This document shows, piece after piece, positions 40,029-49,347 of a stretch of 64,000 nucleotides of DNA; the first letter of the stretch is position 1; the number at the start of each line of letters is the position of its first letter. The position numbers were made by a program, and so were the translations under genes. Origin of the DNA: Acidobacteriota bacterium (GTDB lineage: Bacteria > Acidobacteriota > Polarisedimenticolia > J045); the NCBI GenBank assembly GCA_025456425.1, contig JALOKP010000007.1, positions 622-64,621 on the forward strand, read 5' to 3'. The notes below the pieces were generated by a model, which searched no databases, was not told the DNA's origin, and saw only the letters and a list, made by a program, of their open reading frames with translations.

Positions 40029-43000
40029 CCGACGGCACCATCAGCCCGGCCGCTTTGGAATCGCTCTTCGAGCCCTGGGAGGAGCCCCGTGCCCACCGCG
40101 TGAAGATCACCGAGAAGGGCAAGCCGGCCCGCATCGTCAACCAACGTCGGCCCTCCCCCTTCCCCATCGTCCAGAACCTCCGGGCCGAGGTGAAGCAGTG
40201 GCGCGAGAGCTTCTACGTCGGCGCGTCCGACACGAGCCGCGCGCTCCTCACCCATTGGTTCGAGCGCCCGCACCGCATGACAACCCCCGCGGGTGATGAG
40301 TTCGAGTTCCGCTACTACTTCTGCCAACGCGAAGCCGTTGAGACGCTCGTCTACCTCAAGGAGTTTCGGCACATCGAATGCCTCTCCGGCCTCATCTCGG
40401 AATTCGAGGGCCCCGGCCGCGAGCAGGCCGCGCTCGGCGTCACCCCCGAGGAGGACGCCTGGACGCGCTTCGCCTTCAAGCTCGCCACCGGAGCCGGAAA
40501 AACGAAGGTCATGAGCCTCGCGATTGTGTGGAGCTACTTTCACGCACTCCGCGAGTCGGACTCTGACCTCGCCAAGCACTTCGTCGTCATCGCGCCGAAT
40601 CTCACCGTCTACGAACGCTTGAAGGAAGACTTTGGCGACGGCCGCGTCTTCGACAACGACCCGCTCGTCCCGCCCGAGTGGCGCGGCGATTGGAACATGA
40701 GCGTCGTGCTCCAGGACGAGGCGAGCGGCGCTGCGACCGGCGGCACGCTCTACCTCACGAACATCCACCGGCTCTACGACATGGCGAAGCGCCGCGGGAA
40801 GGACGCCGAGACCTATTCCTTCATGGGCCCGCCCGTTTCGAAAGGCACCGCGCTGGACACCGGAGCCGCGCTCCGCGACCGCGTCACCGCGCACAACCGC
40901 GTGATGGTCCTCAACGACGAAGCCCACCACGTCTGGGACCCCGACTCGGCCTGGAACGAGGCGATTCAATTTCTCCACGAGACCATCAAGTCGCGCACGG
41001 GCGGCGGTCTCGCCGCCCAGCTCGATTTCAGCGCGACGCCGAAAGACAACCGCGGCCAGCCGTTCAAGCACATCGTCTGCGACACCCCGCTCGGTGAGGC
41101 CGTCGACGCGGGCATCGTCAAGACGCCCATCATCGGTAAGACCGACCAGGAACTCCACGAGGAGCCGAGCGACAACGCCGCGTACCGCTTCGACCGGCAC
41201 CTCCGCATCGGTTACGAGCGCTGGAAGCACAGCCGCGACGAGTGGACCAAGTCCGGGAAGAAGGCGCTTCTTTTCGTCATGTGCGACAGCACCGAGAGCG
41301 CCGACCAGATCACGGCGCGCCTTAACACCGACCCGAGCTTCCAAGACCTCAACGGCAAGACCATCAACCTGCACACCAACCTCAAGGGGTCGGTGAAGAA
41401 GGTCGGCCGCGGCCCCTCCGCGCGCCTCCAATTCGTCGAGAGCGACAAGGACATCAAGGACGAGGACCTCAAAGCGCTGCGCGAACTCAGCCGCAACCTC
41501 GACCAGAACACGACGCCCTATGCCTGCATCGTTTCCGTCCTCATGCTCCGCGAGGGCTGGGACGTGCGGAACGTCACGACCATCGTGCCTCTCCGCGCGT
41601 ATTCGGCCGCGGCCGGCATCCTGCCCGAACAGACTCTCGGCCGCGGGCTCCGGCGCATCACGCCGCCCGGCAAGCAGGGCGCGCACGAGATTCTCACCGT
41701 CGTCGAACACCCCGCCTTCGCCGCGCTCTACGAGCAGCAGCTCGCCCAGGAAGGACTCCCCATCGAGGTCGTCGACGTCGACCAGATCCCGAGCACCACG
41801 GTGTCGATTTACCCCGACGAGGCCCGCAAGGACCTCGCGGCCCTGGAACTCGCCGTGCCCGGCCTCACGCCCGGGCTCCGCATCATCCCGAAGCTCGAAG
41901 GCCTCGCCCTCGACGATGTCAAGAAGGGCTTTGCGAAGTTCAAGCGGTTACCGCTGGCCAAGGAAGTGCGTACTGAGCTCGACTACGAGGGGAAACACCT
42001 CTTCACCGGCGAAATCATCGAGCGGATGAAGCTCCACATCCCACTCCTCGAAAGTGGCGTCGGCGCCGTGTCGTATTACGTCCAGCAGCTCGAACAGATT
42101 TGCAAACTGCGGAGCCTGCACACGATTCTCGCGCCGCTCCTCCAGACGTTCTTCGAGGAGGTCCTGTTCGAGGAGAAGGCAACGCTGTTCGACCCGCGCC
42201 TCGTGGCACGGCTCGGCAACTCCGACGTCGCGGAACACGTGCGCGCGGTCTTTGTTCCACTCATCCGCGCGCGCACCATCAGCAGCGAACGGCGCGCGGC
42301 GACGGGCGAGGCGATGCGCCTCTCCCGGTGGCGCGCGTACCAAGTCACGCACAGCGAACGCCGCCCGGCCCTCGAAGCCCAGAAGACGCTTTTCAACCTG
42401 GTCCCCTGCAACCGCGAGCTGGAAGTCGCGTTCGCGCGCTACGCCGACCGCGCGGCCGACGTCACCGCGTTCGCGAAAAACGCCGGTCCGCAGTGCCTCC
42501 GCATCGACTATCTCGGGACCGCAGGGAACCTCGCCTTCTACACCCCGGATTTCTTCGTCCGCACCACCGACGGCACGTCCTACCTCGTCGAGACCAAGGG
42601 ACGTGAGGACCGCGACGTGCCGCGTAAGGCCCGCGCCGCCGTTGCGTGGTGCGAGGCCGCCTCCGACCCGGCCGGCGCGTGGGAGTACCTCTACGTGCCC
42701 CAGGGGGTCTTCGAGCGCATCAGCACGGCGACGATTCGCGAACTCGCCGACACCTGCCGCCCGGCGCTCCGTAACCTCGTCGAGGAAGAGGACCTCCAGG
42801 CGAAGTACCCACTTTTCGCCGCCATCGCCGAAGCACGAGCCGCCGAGGACGAGAAGGCTCCCGAGACCCTTGTGCCGGAGGAGACCCTCAAGGCTCTTCC
42901 CGACCGCTACCGGAAGGCGGTCGAGCAAGCCACGATGCTCTACCGATTCCTTGAGAACAAAGAGGGCCTCAACTACGCGCCGGTTTTCAACGCCCTCCTC

Positions 43001-43450
43001 GGCTCACTCGACGAGGCCGCCAAGGGCCTCATCGTCCGGAGGCTCCAAGGCGACCTCCCCGCCGGGGTCGCCGACCAGAAGGCTCTCTTCGACCCCTACC
43101 TCGCCCACGCCGACGGCGGGCAGCGCCGCCACTACGAAACCATGGCGCAGAACCTCAAGCGCACGCTCGTATTCGGGAACGGGGTCTCCCCTCTCGGGCT
43201 CTTGAGGAACTGTCTCGACTTCGCCCTCAACGACAAGAACAAGATCGGCGGCATCTTCGAAGCCGTGACGACCCGCTTCCGGACCACCGGCTCGCGCGAG
43301 TTTCTTGCGAGCGTGGAGGCCGTCTACGACTTTCGGAACACTTACATCGCGCACCAGGAGAGAGAGCTAACGGACGCCGCACTGACGCGAAGGGAACTCA
43401 TCCGCTGGATTGAAACTCTGAAGGCGATTTCGCTGGCACCGACGACTTGA
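40025..43450 (+). CDS. res: Type III restriction enzyme Res subunit (SF2 helicase + PD-(D/E)xK nuclease) with an extra roughly 190-aa C-terminal HEPN-like domain
   Basis: ATG 40025 overlaps the mod stop (ATGA). Helicase motifs are KLATGAGKTKV (Walker A) and VLNDEAHHV (DEAH). The nuclease motif is YTPDFFVRTTDGTSYLVETKG. The C-terminal extension ends in AVYDFRNTYIAHQE, which fits Rx5H. Confidence 0.9.
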   Translation: MTDGTISPAALESLFEPWEEPRAHRVKITEKGKPARIVNQRRPSPFPIVQNLRAEVKQWRESFYVGASDTSRALLTHWFERPHRMTTPAGDEFEFRYYFCQREAVETLVYLKEFRHIECLSGLISEFEGPGREQAALGVTPEEDAWTRFAFKLATGAGKTKVMSLAIVWSYFHALRESDSDLAKHFVVIAPNLTVYERLKEDFGDGRVFDNDPLVPPEWRGDWNMSVVLQDEASGAATGGTLYLTNIHRLYDMAKRRGKDAETYSFMGPPVSKGTALDTGAALRDRVTAHNRVMVLNDEAHHVWDPDSAWNEAIQFLHETIKSRTGGGLAAQLDFSATPKDNRGQPFKHIVCDTPLGEAVDAGIVKTPIIGKTDQELHEEPSDNAAYRFDRHLRIGYERWKHSRDEWTKSGKKALLFVMCDSTESADQITARLNTDPSFQDLNGKTINLHTNLKGSVKKVGRGPSARLQFVESDKDIKDEDLKALRELSRNLDQNTTPYACIVSVLMLREGWDVRNVTTIVPLRAYSAAAGILPEQTLGRGLRRITPPGKQGAHEILTVVEHPAFAALYEQQLAQEGLPIEVVDVDQIPSTTVSIYPDEARKDLAALELAVPGLTPGLRIIPKLEGLALDDVKKGFAKFKRLPLAKEVRTELDYEGKHLFTGEIIERMKLHIPLLESGVGAVSYYVQQLEQICKLRSLHTILAPLLQTFFEEVLFEEKATLFDPRLVARLGNSDVAEHVRAVFVPLIRARTISSERRAATGEAMRLSRWRAYQVTHSERRPALEAQKTLFNLVPCNRELEVAFARYADRAADVTAFAKNAGPQCLRIDYLGTAGNLAFYTPDFFVRTTDGTSYLVETKGREDRDVPRKARAAVAWCEAASDPAGAWEYLYVPQGVFERISTATIRELADTCRPALRNLVEEEDLQAKYPLFAAIAEARAAEDEKAPETLVPEETLKALPDRYRKAVEQATMLYRFLENKEGLNYAPVFNALLGSLDEAAKGLIVRRLQGDLPAGVADQKALFDPYLAHADGGQRRHYETMAQNLKRTLVFGNGVSPLGLLRNCLDFALNDKNKIGGIFEAVTTRFRTTGSREFLASVEAVYDFRNTYIAHQERELTDAALTRRELIRWIETLKAISLAPTT

Positions 43451-43664
43451 GGGAGGGTTCGTGGCAACACAAGAGACGACCATGTAGGGAGTTCATGGCG
43501 GCAGAACCGGCGACGCCGACACCCCTTTCCTCGTGCATCAGGAGTGGCCCCCGCGCCCACCGCGCGGCGGCCCGGCAACCTGGGCGGACACCCAAGGTGC
43601 CTTCCCGCGGGACGCGGGGATGCGGTCCGGGCGAGAGCCCCGGGCAACCAAGTGTCCGGACGAG

Positions 43665-43700
43665 GACCCGTGCCTGTTGCGGCACGGGTCTTTTCGTTTC
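43665..43700 (+). terminator. Rho-independent terminator
   Basis: Perfect 10-bp stem gacccgtgcc / ggcacgggtc with 6-nt loop tgttgc, followed by ttttcgtttc. Confidence 0.7.
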
Positions 43701-43776
43701 GGGGGCGCCCACCGGCGCCCGCAGCGTCCCGCGGCCCGGCCGCCCGACGGGGTCCGCCCTCGAGGAGGGATCGGAC

Positions 43777-45306
43777 ATGGCGGGAACGCGCACGCACCTC
43801 GGCTTCACCGAACACCTCGGGCTCGTCGGCTGGCGGCGGCTGGAGCCCGTGCTCCTGGCCGCGCTGGCGGGCGAGTCGCCCCTGCTCCTGGTCGGCCCGC
43901 ACGGGACCGGGAAGTCGCTGCTGGTCGAGCGCGTGGCCGGGGCGCTGGGGCTCCCCTTCCGGCACTACAACGCCTCGCTCCTCAACTACGACGACCTGGT
44001 CGGGATCCCCCTGCCGGACGAGGCCGGGCGCGCACTGAGCTTCGTGGCCTCGCCGGGCGCGATCTGGGACGCCGGCTTCGTCTTCCTCGACGAGCTGTCG
44101 CGTTGCCGGCCGGAGCTGCAGAACAAGCTCTTCCCGATCGTCCACGAGCGGCGCGTGGCGGGGGTGGACCTGCCCCGGCTGACCCACCGCTGGGCCGCGA
44201 TGAACCCCCCGGCCCCCGACGACGCCGACTCCGCCGCCGCCGGGGCCCCGGCCTACCTGGGCGCCGAGCCGCTCGACCCCGCGCTGGCCGACCGCTTCCC
44301 GTTCGTCGTCCGCGTCCCGACCTGGGACGAGCTGTCGCTCCCCGAGCGGCTCCGGCTGGTGGCGGGCGCCGGCCCGGACGATCCCCCGGGGCGCCGGCCG
44401 CGGCCCCGCCCGCTCCCCGCGCTGGTCGAGGCCGTGCGCGCCACGCTCCGCCGGCTGCGGCGCCGGCCAATGCCCCGGCTGCCGGACTACGTCGTCCAGC
44501 TCGCGGCGCAGCTCGAGACCGCGGGCCTGCCGCTCTCGCCGCGCCGCGCGCGGATGCTGGCCGACGGCGTGGTCGCCGTGCACGCCGCGCGGCTGGTGCT
44601 AGAGGGACCGGAGGCCGCGCTGGAGGAGAGCGCGCGGCTCGCGCTGCAGAGCGGCCTGCCGCAGACCGCGGCCGAGGTCCCGCCGGCCGCCGGGACGCTC
44701 CACGCCGCGCACCGCCAGGCCTGGAAGCTCTCGGGCCTGGTGGCGGACGACCTGTGGCGCCGAGTGCTCGAGGAGCGGGACCCCGTCCGGCGCGTCGAGC
44801 TGGGCGATCGGCTGGGGCTATCCGACGCCGACCTGTCGCGGCTGGTGACGCAGGCGCTGGCGGCGGCCGGCTCGGAGGCGCGGCGGCTGGGGCTGGCGAC
44901 CGCGCTCTTCCTGCGCTTCCGCACGCGGCGCGACCTGGCGCCGGCAGCGTGGGAGCCGCTGGGCGAGCGGGCCGGGCGCGTGCTGCGCCCGCCCGCGCGC
45001 TACCTGTCGATCGGCCCCGGCCCCGCCACCGAGCGCTGGCGCGAGATCCACCAGCACCTGGCGGCGGCGCGGAAGCGCGGGGAGCCGCTGCCGCGGCTCG
45101 AGTCGAACTTCCTGCGCGCGGGGTTCCCGGAGGTCTGGGCGCTCGAGGACTGGCGCCCGGCCCTGGAGGCCTTCCGGGCCGATCTGGCGCTGTTCGAGGC
45201 GGCGGGAGAGGTCGAGTCTGGGGCCGCGTCCGACGCCAGCCCCGGGGCCGCTCCGGCGGCCGGAGAGGCCTCGGCTCCCCGGGGCGAGGAGGCCGCGTGG
45301 GCATGA
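43777..45306 (+). CDS. MoxR-like (AAA_5) AAA+ ATPase with a long helical C-terminal extension
   Basis: ATG 43777 follows a gaggaggga SD. Walker A is LLLVGPHGTGKSLL, Walker B is GFVFLDELSRC, followed by RWAAMNPP and the sensor region. About 260 additional residues have no recognisable motif. Confidence 0.85.
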   Translation: MAGTRTHLGFTEHLGLVGWRRLEPVLLAALAGESPLLLVGPHGTGKSLLVERVAGALGLPFRHYNASLLNYDDLVGIPLPDEAGRALSFVASPGAIWDAGFVFLDELSRCRPELQNKLFPIVHERRVAGVDLPRLTHRWAAMNPPAPDDADSAAAGAPAYLGAEPLDPALADRFPFVVRVPTWDELSLPERLRLVAGAGPDDPPGRRPRPRPLPALVEAVRATLRRLRRRPMPRLPDYVVQLAAQLETAGLPLSPRRARMLADGVVAVHAARLVLEGPEAALEESARLALQSGLPQTAAEVPPAAGTLHAAHRQAWKLSGLVADDLWRRVLEERDPVRRVELGDRLGLSDADLSRLVTQALAAAGSEARRLGLATALFLRFRTRRDLAPAAWEPLGERAGRVLRPPARYLSIGPGPATERWREIHQHLAAARKRGEPLPRLESNFLRAGFPEVWALEDWRPALEAFRADLALFEAAGEVESGAASDASPGAAPAAGEASAPRGEEAAWA

Positions 45307-45851
45307 TCGACGAAATGGCCCGGTCCATGGGACTCCTTCCACCGGTACAGGTCGTGCTGGCCGGCCTGCCGTGCGAGCGGGCGGGCGCGGTGCGCTTCGC
45401 GCTGCGGGCGCTGGGGGACGCCGCGGACGAACTGCGCGCGCGCGCCCTGGTGGGCGAGGCCGCGCTGCTCCGGCAGCTCGAGGAGGCGTGGGCGGCGTGG
45501 GGGCTGCGCGGCGCGGCCCTGATCGAGCCGGGGCGCCGGCCCCGCTGCCGGCTGGAGGTCTCCCCCGGCCTGAAGGCGCTCCGCGACCCCGAGGCGGAGG
45601 TGCTCGAGGTGGACTACATGGCGAGCACCCGGGGCACGATCGGCGGCGTGCGCGGCGCGATCATCGGGGCCCCCGAGCCGCCGCCCGTCGTCGCGACCGA
45701 CCCGCTGCTGCTGCTCAACGTGCTGGGCCGCGCGCGCGGGCCGGTGCTGATCGCGCGGGCCCCGCTGGCGCTCGAGCCAGCCTTCCTGGAACGCGAGCTG
45801 ATCAGCCGCGACGCGCGGCTGCTGGCGCTGGCGCGCGGGGAGGGGAGGTGA
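45303..45851 (+). CDS. Hypothetical protein (182 aa), translationally coupled on both sides
   Basis: ATG 45303 overlaps the AAA+ stop (ATGA), and the gene's own stop overlaps the next GTG (GTGA). MIDEMARSMGLLPPVQVVLAGLPCERAGAVRFALRALG... No motif recognised. Confidence 0.6.
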   Translation: MIDEMARSMGLLPPVQVVLAGLPCERAGAVRFALRALGDAADELRARALVGEAALLRQLEEAWAAWGLRGAALIEPGRRPRCRLEVSPGLKALRDPEAEVLEVDYMASTRGTIGGVRGAIIGAPEPPPVVATDPLLLLNVLGRARGPVLIARAPLALEPAFLERELISRDARLLALARGEGR

Positions 45852-47304
45852 GGGCGGGCGGGCGGGCCGCAGCCGCGGTGGCCGAGCGGATCGTGAACTG
45901 CCTCCCGGCCGCGAGCGTCGAGATGGAGACGTTCTGCCGGCTGGCGTCGATCGAGCTGGTGGACGACGGGGAGGCCGGGGCGCCCGGGGCGCGGGGTCCG
46001 GCCGTCCGGACCACCCCCGCCGTCCGCACCGCCGCGGTCGAGTGCGCCGATCGCCCGCGCCTGCTGCTCAACGCGCGCTTCCTGCGCGAGTACTGCAGGC
46101 GCGACGAGCACCTGTTCCTGCTGGTGATGCACGAGCTGTGGCACGTGATCCTGGGACACACCCGGCTCTACCCGCGCATCGACCTGGCGGACGAGATCGC
46201 CTTCGACGCGGTCATCAACGCGGGGCTGGCGCGGCAGTTCCGCGGCCCGGAATACCTGGGCTTCTTCGACCGCCTCAACCCCGCCGACTCGTTCCCGGCG
46301 CTGCTGCTCCGCCCGCCCGCCGGCTGGCCCGACGATCCGGTCTATCCCGGGCTCGGACCGGCGGGGACGCTGCGCGTGCTGCGCCAGCTCTACCCGCCGC
46401 CGGACTACCCCCCCACCGTCTCGATCCCGTCGCACGCCGAGCTGGTGGCGCTGATCGCCGCGGGCCCGCGCGGGCGGAAGCGGTGCGAGCCGCTGCTGCT
46501 GGGGGACCACGAGACAGGCCCCGCGGGCGGCGGCTCGCTCGACCCCGGCGCCGCCCCGACCCGCGCCCAGCGCGCCCTGGCCGACCCCCTGCTGGCCGAC
46601 GTGCTGCGCCGCAGCGTCGCGCACTGGCCGGAGCCACCGTTCGTGCTCGGCAACCCGGGGCGTGGCGGCTTTCCGTCCGCGCACGACGTCCTTCCCGCCC
46701 CCGCCGCCGAGGCCGCGCGCCGCGTCTTCGCGCGCCTGCTGCGCCGCTGCCTGGTGGAGGGCCCGTCGCGCGAGCGGCGCCGCACGCGCGTCCCAACGCG
46801 CGCGACCGGCTGGCCCCCGCGCGCCGCCGCCTCGGCCTGCCGGCGACGCTCTACGCGCAGCCCGCGATCGCCCGGTCCCTGGCGCGCGAGCCGGACGGGG
46901 TCGCGCACGTCTACCTCGACGTCTCGGGCTCGATGGCGGCGCTGCTGCCGCGCCTGGTCGGCCTGCTCCGCCCGCACGCGCTGGCCGGCCGCGCGAAGGT
47001 CTTCCAGTTCTCGACCACCGTCTGGCCGCTGCCCGCCGCCCAGTTGCGCCGCGGCGAGATCCGCACGACCGGCGGCACGGCCATCGACCCGGTGCTGCAG
47101 CACGCGGTCGACGCGCCGCGCGTGCGCCGGATCCTGGTCCTGACCGACGGCGTGACCGGCGACCCGCACCGGCGCCTGGCGAAGAAGGTGCGGGCCCGCC
47201 GGATCAAGGTGCACGTGGTGCTGCCGGCCGAGTCGGCGCACCGCCGGCACCTCGAGGGGATCGCGGCGAGCGTGACGGTGCTGCCGGGGGTGGATCGCGA
47301 CTGA
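45848..47304 (+). CDS. HExxH metallopeptidase-like domain fused to a VWA-like domain (DUF2201-type architecture); needs a frame change near 46.8 kb (possible pseudogene or assembly indel)
   Basis: Frame 2 from GTG 45848 gives LFLLVMHELWHVILGHTR. Frame 1 downstream gives VAHVYLDVSGSMAALLPRL...TTGGTAIDPVL...ILVLTDG, a MIDAS-like DxSGS motif in a VWA fold. No start codon exists in frame 1 upstream of the VWA part. The span is 1457 nt, which is not a multiple of 3. Confidence 0.6.
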
Positions 47305-47426
47305 AGGAGTTGCGCGAGCACTTGACCGACCACGTTCCTCGACGGCGTGGCGCGCCATTCCCACCCTGGAAACGTCGCTCCGTTGCTCCAGGACGAATCA
47401 CTACTATCCTGCCGAGCCTGAGGGTC

Positions 47427-48923
47427 ATGCTCATGTCCAATGTCACCGCACCCGTCGTCGCCTTTCCCGATTCCGAACTCGTGCTCGGGGTGGTCGCGCC
47501 GGCAGGTACGGATCGCGATGCGTTCCTGGCGCGGCTCGAGGCTCACCTGCGGGGTTACCGCTACGGCCTGAACCTCGTGCGCCTCAGCGACTTCCTGCGG
47601 CTGGTGGAACCTCCCGACTCCACGGCTCGCGTGGACGACTCGACCGAGGCGCTGCGCCTCGACACCCTGATGAGGGCCGGGTCCGCCCTTCGGGGGTCGA
47701 CGGGCGCCGAAGACATCCTGGCCCAGTTCGCCGTGTCCCGGATCGGAAACTCCCGCATCGAGGGCAGGGTGATCCCGCGCACCGCCCACGTGCTCTGGTC
47801 GCTGAAACACCCCGACGAGGTCTCGCTCCTGCAGCAGGTGTACGGCTCCGGCTTCTTCCTGATCGGGCTGTATTCCTCGGAGGAGGAGCGGATTCAGTAC
47901 CTGCAGGACCGGTGGTCCATGTCGCGCGCGGATGCGGAGGAGCGGGTCGGCCGCGATCGGGACGAGGCGCTGCCGCACGGCCAGCGAACGAGGGACACCT
48001 TCCAGCTGGCCGATGTCTTCGTTCCCGTCTCGGGTCCGGAATGCGACCGCCACCTGCAGCGATTCCTCGACCTGGTGTTCGGCTCGCCGTCGATCACTCC
48101 GGAGCCCCACGAGCACGCGATGTTCCTGGCATACGCCGCATCCGTGCGCTCGGGCGCCCTCTCGCGGCAGGTCGGCGCGGTCGTCGTGTCGGAGGAGGGC
48201 GACATCATCGGCGCGGGCGCCAACGACGCGCCGCGCGCCGGGGGCGGCCAGTACTGGCCGGGGGCCGACGACCAGCGGGACGTCGCGACCGGGTTCGACT
48301 CGAACGCGAGGGAGCGCGAGAAGATCGCGGCGAGCGTGGTCCGCGTGCTGAGGGATCGAGAGCTTCTCTCCGATCCCGCGCTCTCGGCTGAAGCGACAAT
48401 CCACGCAGCGCTCGCGCGAAGCCGCCTGTGGGACATCACGGAGTACGGGCGGGACGTGCACGCCGAGATGGAGGCCATCCTGAGCTGTGTCCGAGCCGGC
48501 GTGAGCGTACGGGGTGCGACCCTCTTCACCACGACCTTCCCGTGCCACAACTGCGCCAAGCACATCGTCGACGCGGGGATCTCCAGAGTCGTCTTCGTCG
48601 AACCCTACCCCAAGAGCAAAGCGCTCGAGCTGCACAGCGACGCTCTCTCGCTGCAACCCGAGCCGCCGGATGGAAGGGTCCAGTTCTCTCCCTTCATCGG
48701 GATCGGCCCGCGGCGCTACTTCGACCTCTTCTCCTTGCGGCTTGGCCAGGCCGGCATCCTCACGCGAAAGAGGGGCGCGGCGCTCGTGCCGTGGGATCGC
48801 GGCACCTCGTCACCAAGGGTGTCCCTCAAGCCGATGTCCTACATCCAGCTCGAAGCGGCCGTGAACCGGCTGCTCTCCGTCACTTTCGGTTACAATCCGG
48901 GCGCGGGGGAGGAAGGCCGATGA
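47427..48923 (+). CDS. Anti-phage-type dCTP deaminase (N-terminal kinase-like domain + C-terminal cytidine/dCMP deaminase zinc domain)
   Basis: 498 aa. The N-terminus reads ELVLGVVAPAGTDRDAF. The deaminase motifs are DVHAEMEAIL and TTFPCHNCAKHIVDAGI. This two-domain architecture matches the nucleotide-depletion defence deaminases. Confidence 0.8.
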   Translation: MLMSNVTAPVVAFPDSELVLGVVAPAGTDRDAFLARLEAHLRGYRYGLNLVRLSDFLRLVEPPDSTARVDDSTEALRLDTLMRAGSALRGSTGAEDILAQFAVSRIGNSRIEGRVIPRTAHVLWSLKHPDEVSLLQQVYGSGFFLIGLYSSEEERIQYLQDRWSMSRADAEERVGRDRDEALPHGQRTRDTFQLADVFVPVSGPECDRHLQRFLDLVFGSPSITPEPHEHAMFLAYAASVRSGALSRQVGAVVVSEEGDIIGAGANDAPRAGGGQYWPGADDQRDVATGFDSNAREREKIAASVVRVLRDRELLSDPALSAEATIHAALARSRLWDITEYGRDVHAEMEAILSCVRAGVSVRGATLFTTTFPCHNCAKHIVDAGISRVVFVEPYPKSKALELHSDALSLQPEPPDGRVQFSPFIGIGPRRYFDLFSLRLGQAGILTRKRGAALVPWDRGTSSPRVSLKPMSYIQLEAAVNRLLSVTFGYNPGAGEEGR

Positions 48924-49153
48924 ATTTCCGCCCGAAACTCGACACGGATGAGGCCAGGGAGTTCTGGGAGGGCGTCGCTCGGGGCGCCCGGCGGTATGAG
49001 GCGCTTCCAGAGGACCAGCGCGGAGTCCTGTCGGTGAGGCGACCCGCGGAGGCCGCACCATCGGAGACCTCCTCGCTGACAGCCTCCGCCGCGGAGGCTG
49101 CCACCGTGCGGACTGGCGGTACCTCGTCGCAGTCCGGCAGCGGAGGCGGCTAG
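48920..49153 (+). CDS. Small hypothetical protein (77 aa) translationally coupled to the dCTP deaminase
   Basis: ATG 48920 overlaps the deaminase stop (ATGA). MNFRPKLDTDEAREFWEGVARGARRYEALPEDQRGVL is followed by a low-complexity Ser/Ala/Gly tail. Confidence 0.45.
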   Translation: MNFRPKLDTDEAREFWEGVARGARRYEALPEDQRGVLSVRRPAEAAPSETSSLTASAAEAATVRTGGTSSQSGSGGG

Positions 49154-49347
49154 GGCTTCTGCTCGACCCGCGGCCCCCCCAGCCCGTCGCAGATCCTGTC
49201 CGCGAGCCGGTTCGGGGTCTCGGTGTGCCGGGGTATCGCCTCGATCGCACCCGTCTGCGGGTTGCACCAGAGCGAGTGCGCGGCGCCTTCGCGCTTGAGG
49301 AAACAGCCGTGGCGACGAAGGTGCCGAAGCAGCGCCCCGAGCTTCAC
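49150..49347 (-). CDS. hicA: HicA-family toxin
   Basis: GTG 49347 overlaps the hicB stop (GTGA). VKLGALLRHLRRHGCFLKREGAAHSLWCNPQTGAIEAIPRHTETPNRLADRICDGLG fits the HicA/YcfA pattern. Confidence 0.8.
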   Translation of the reverse strand: MKLGALLRHLRRHGCFLKREGAAHSLWCNPQTGAIEAIPRHTETPNRLADRICDGLGGPRVEQKP

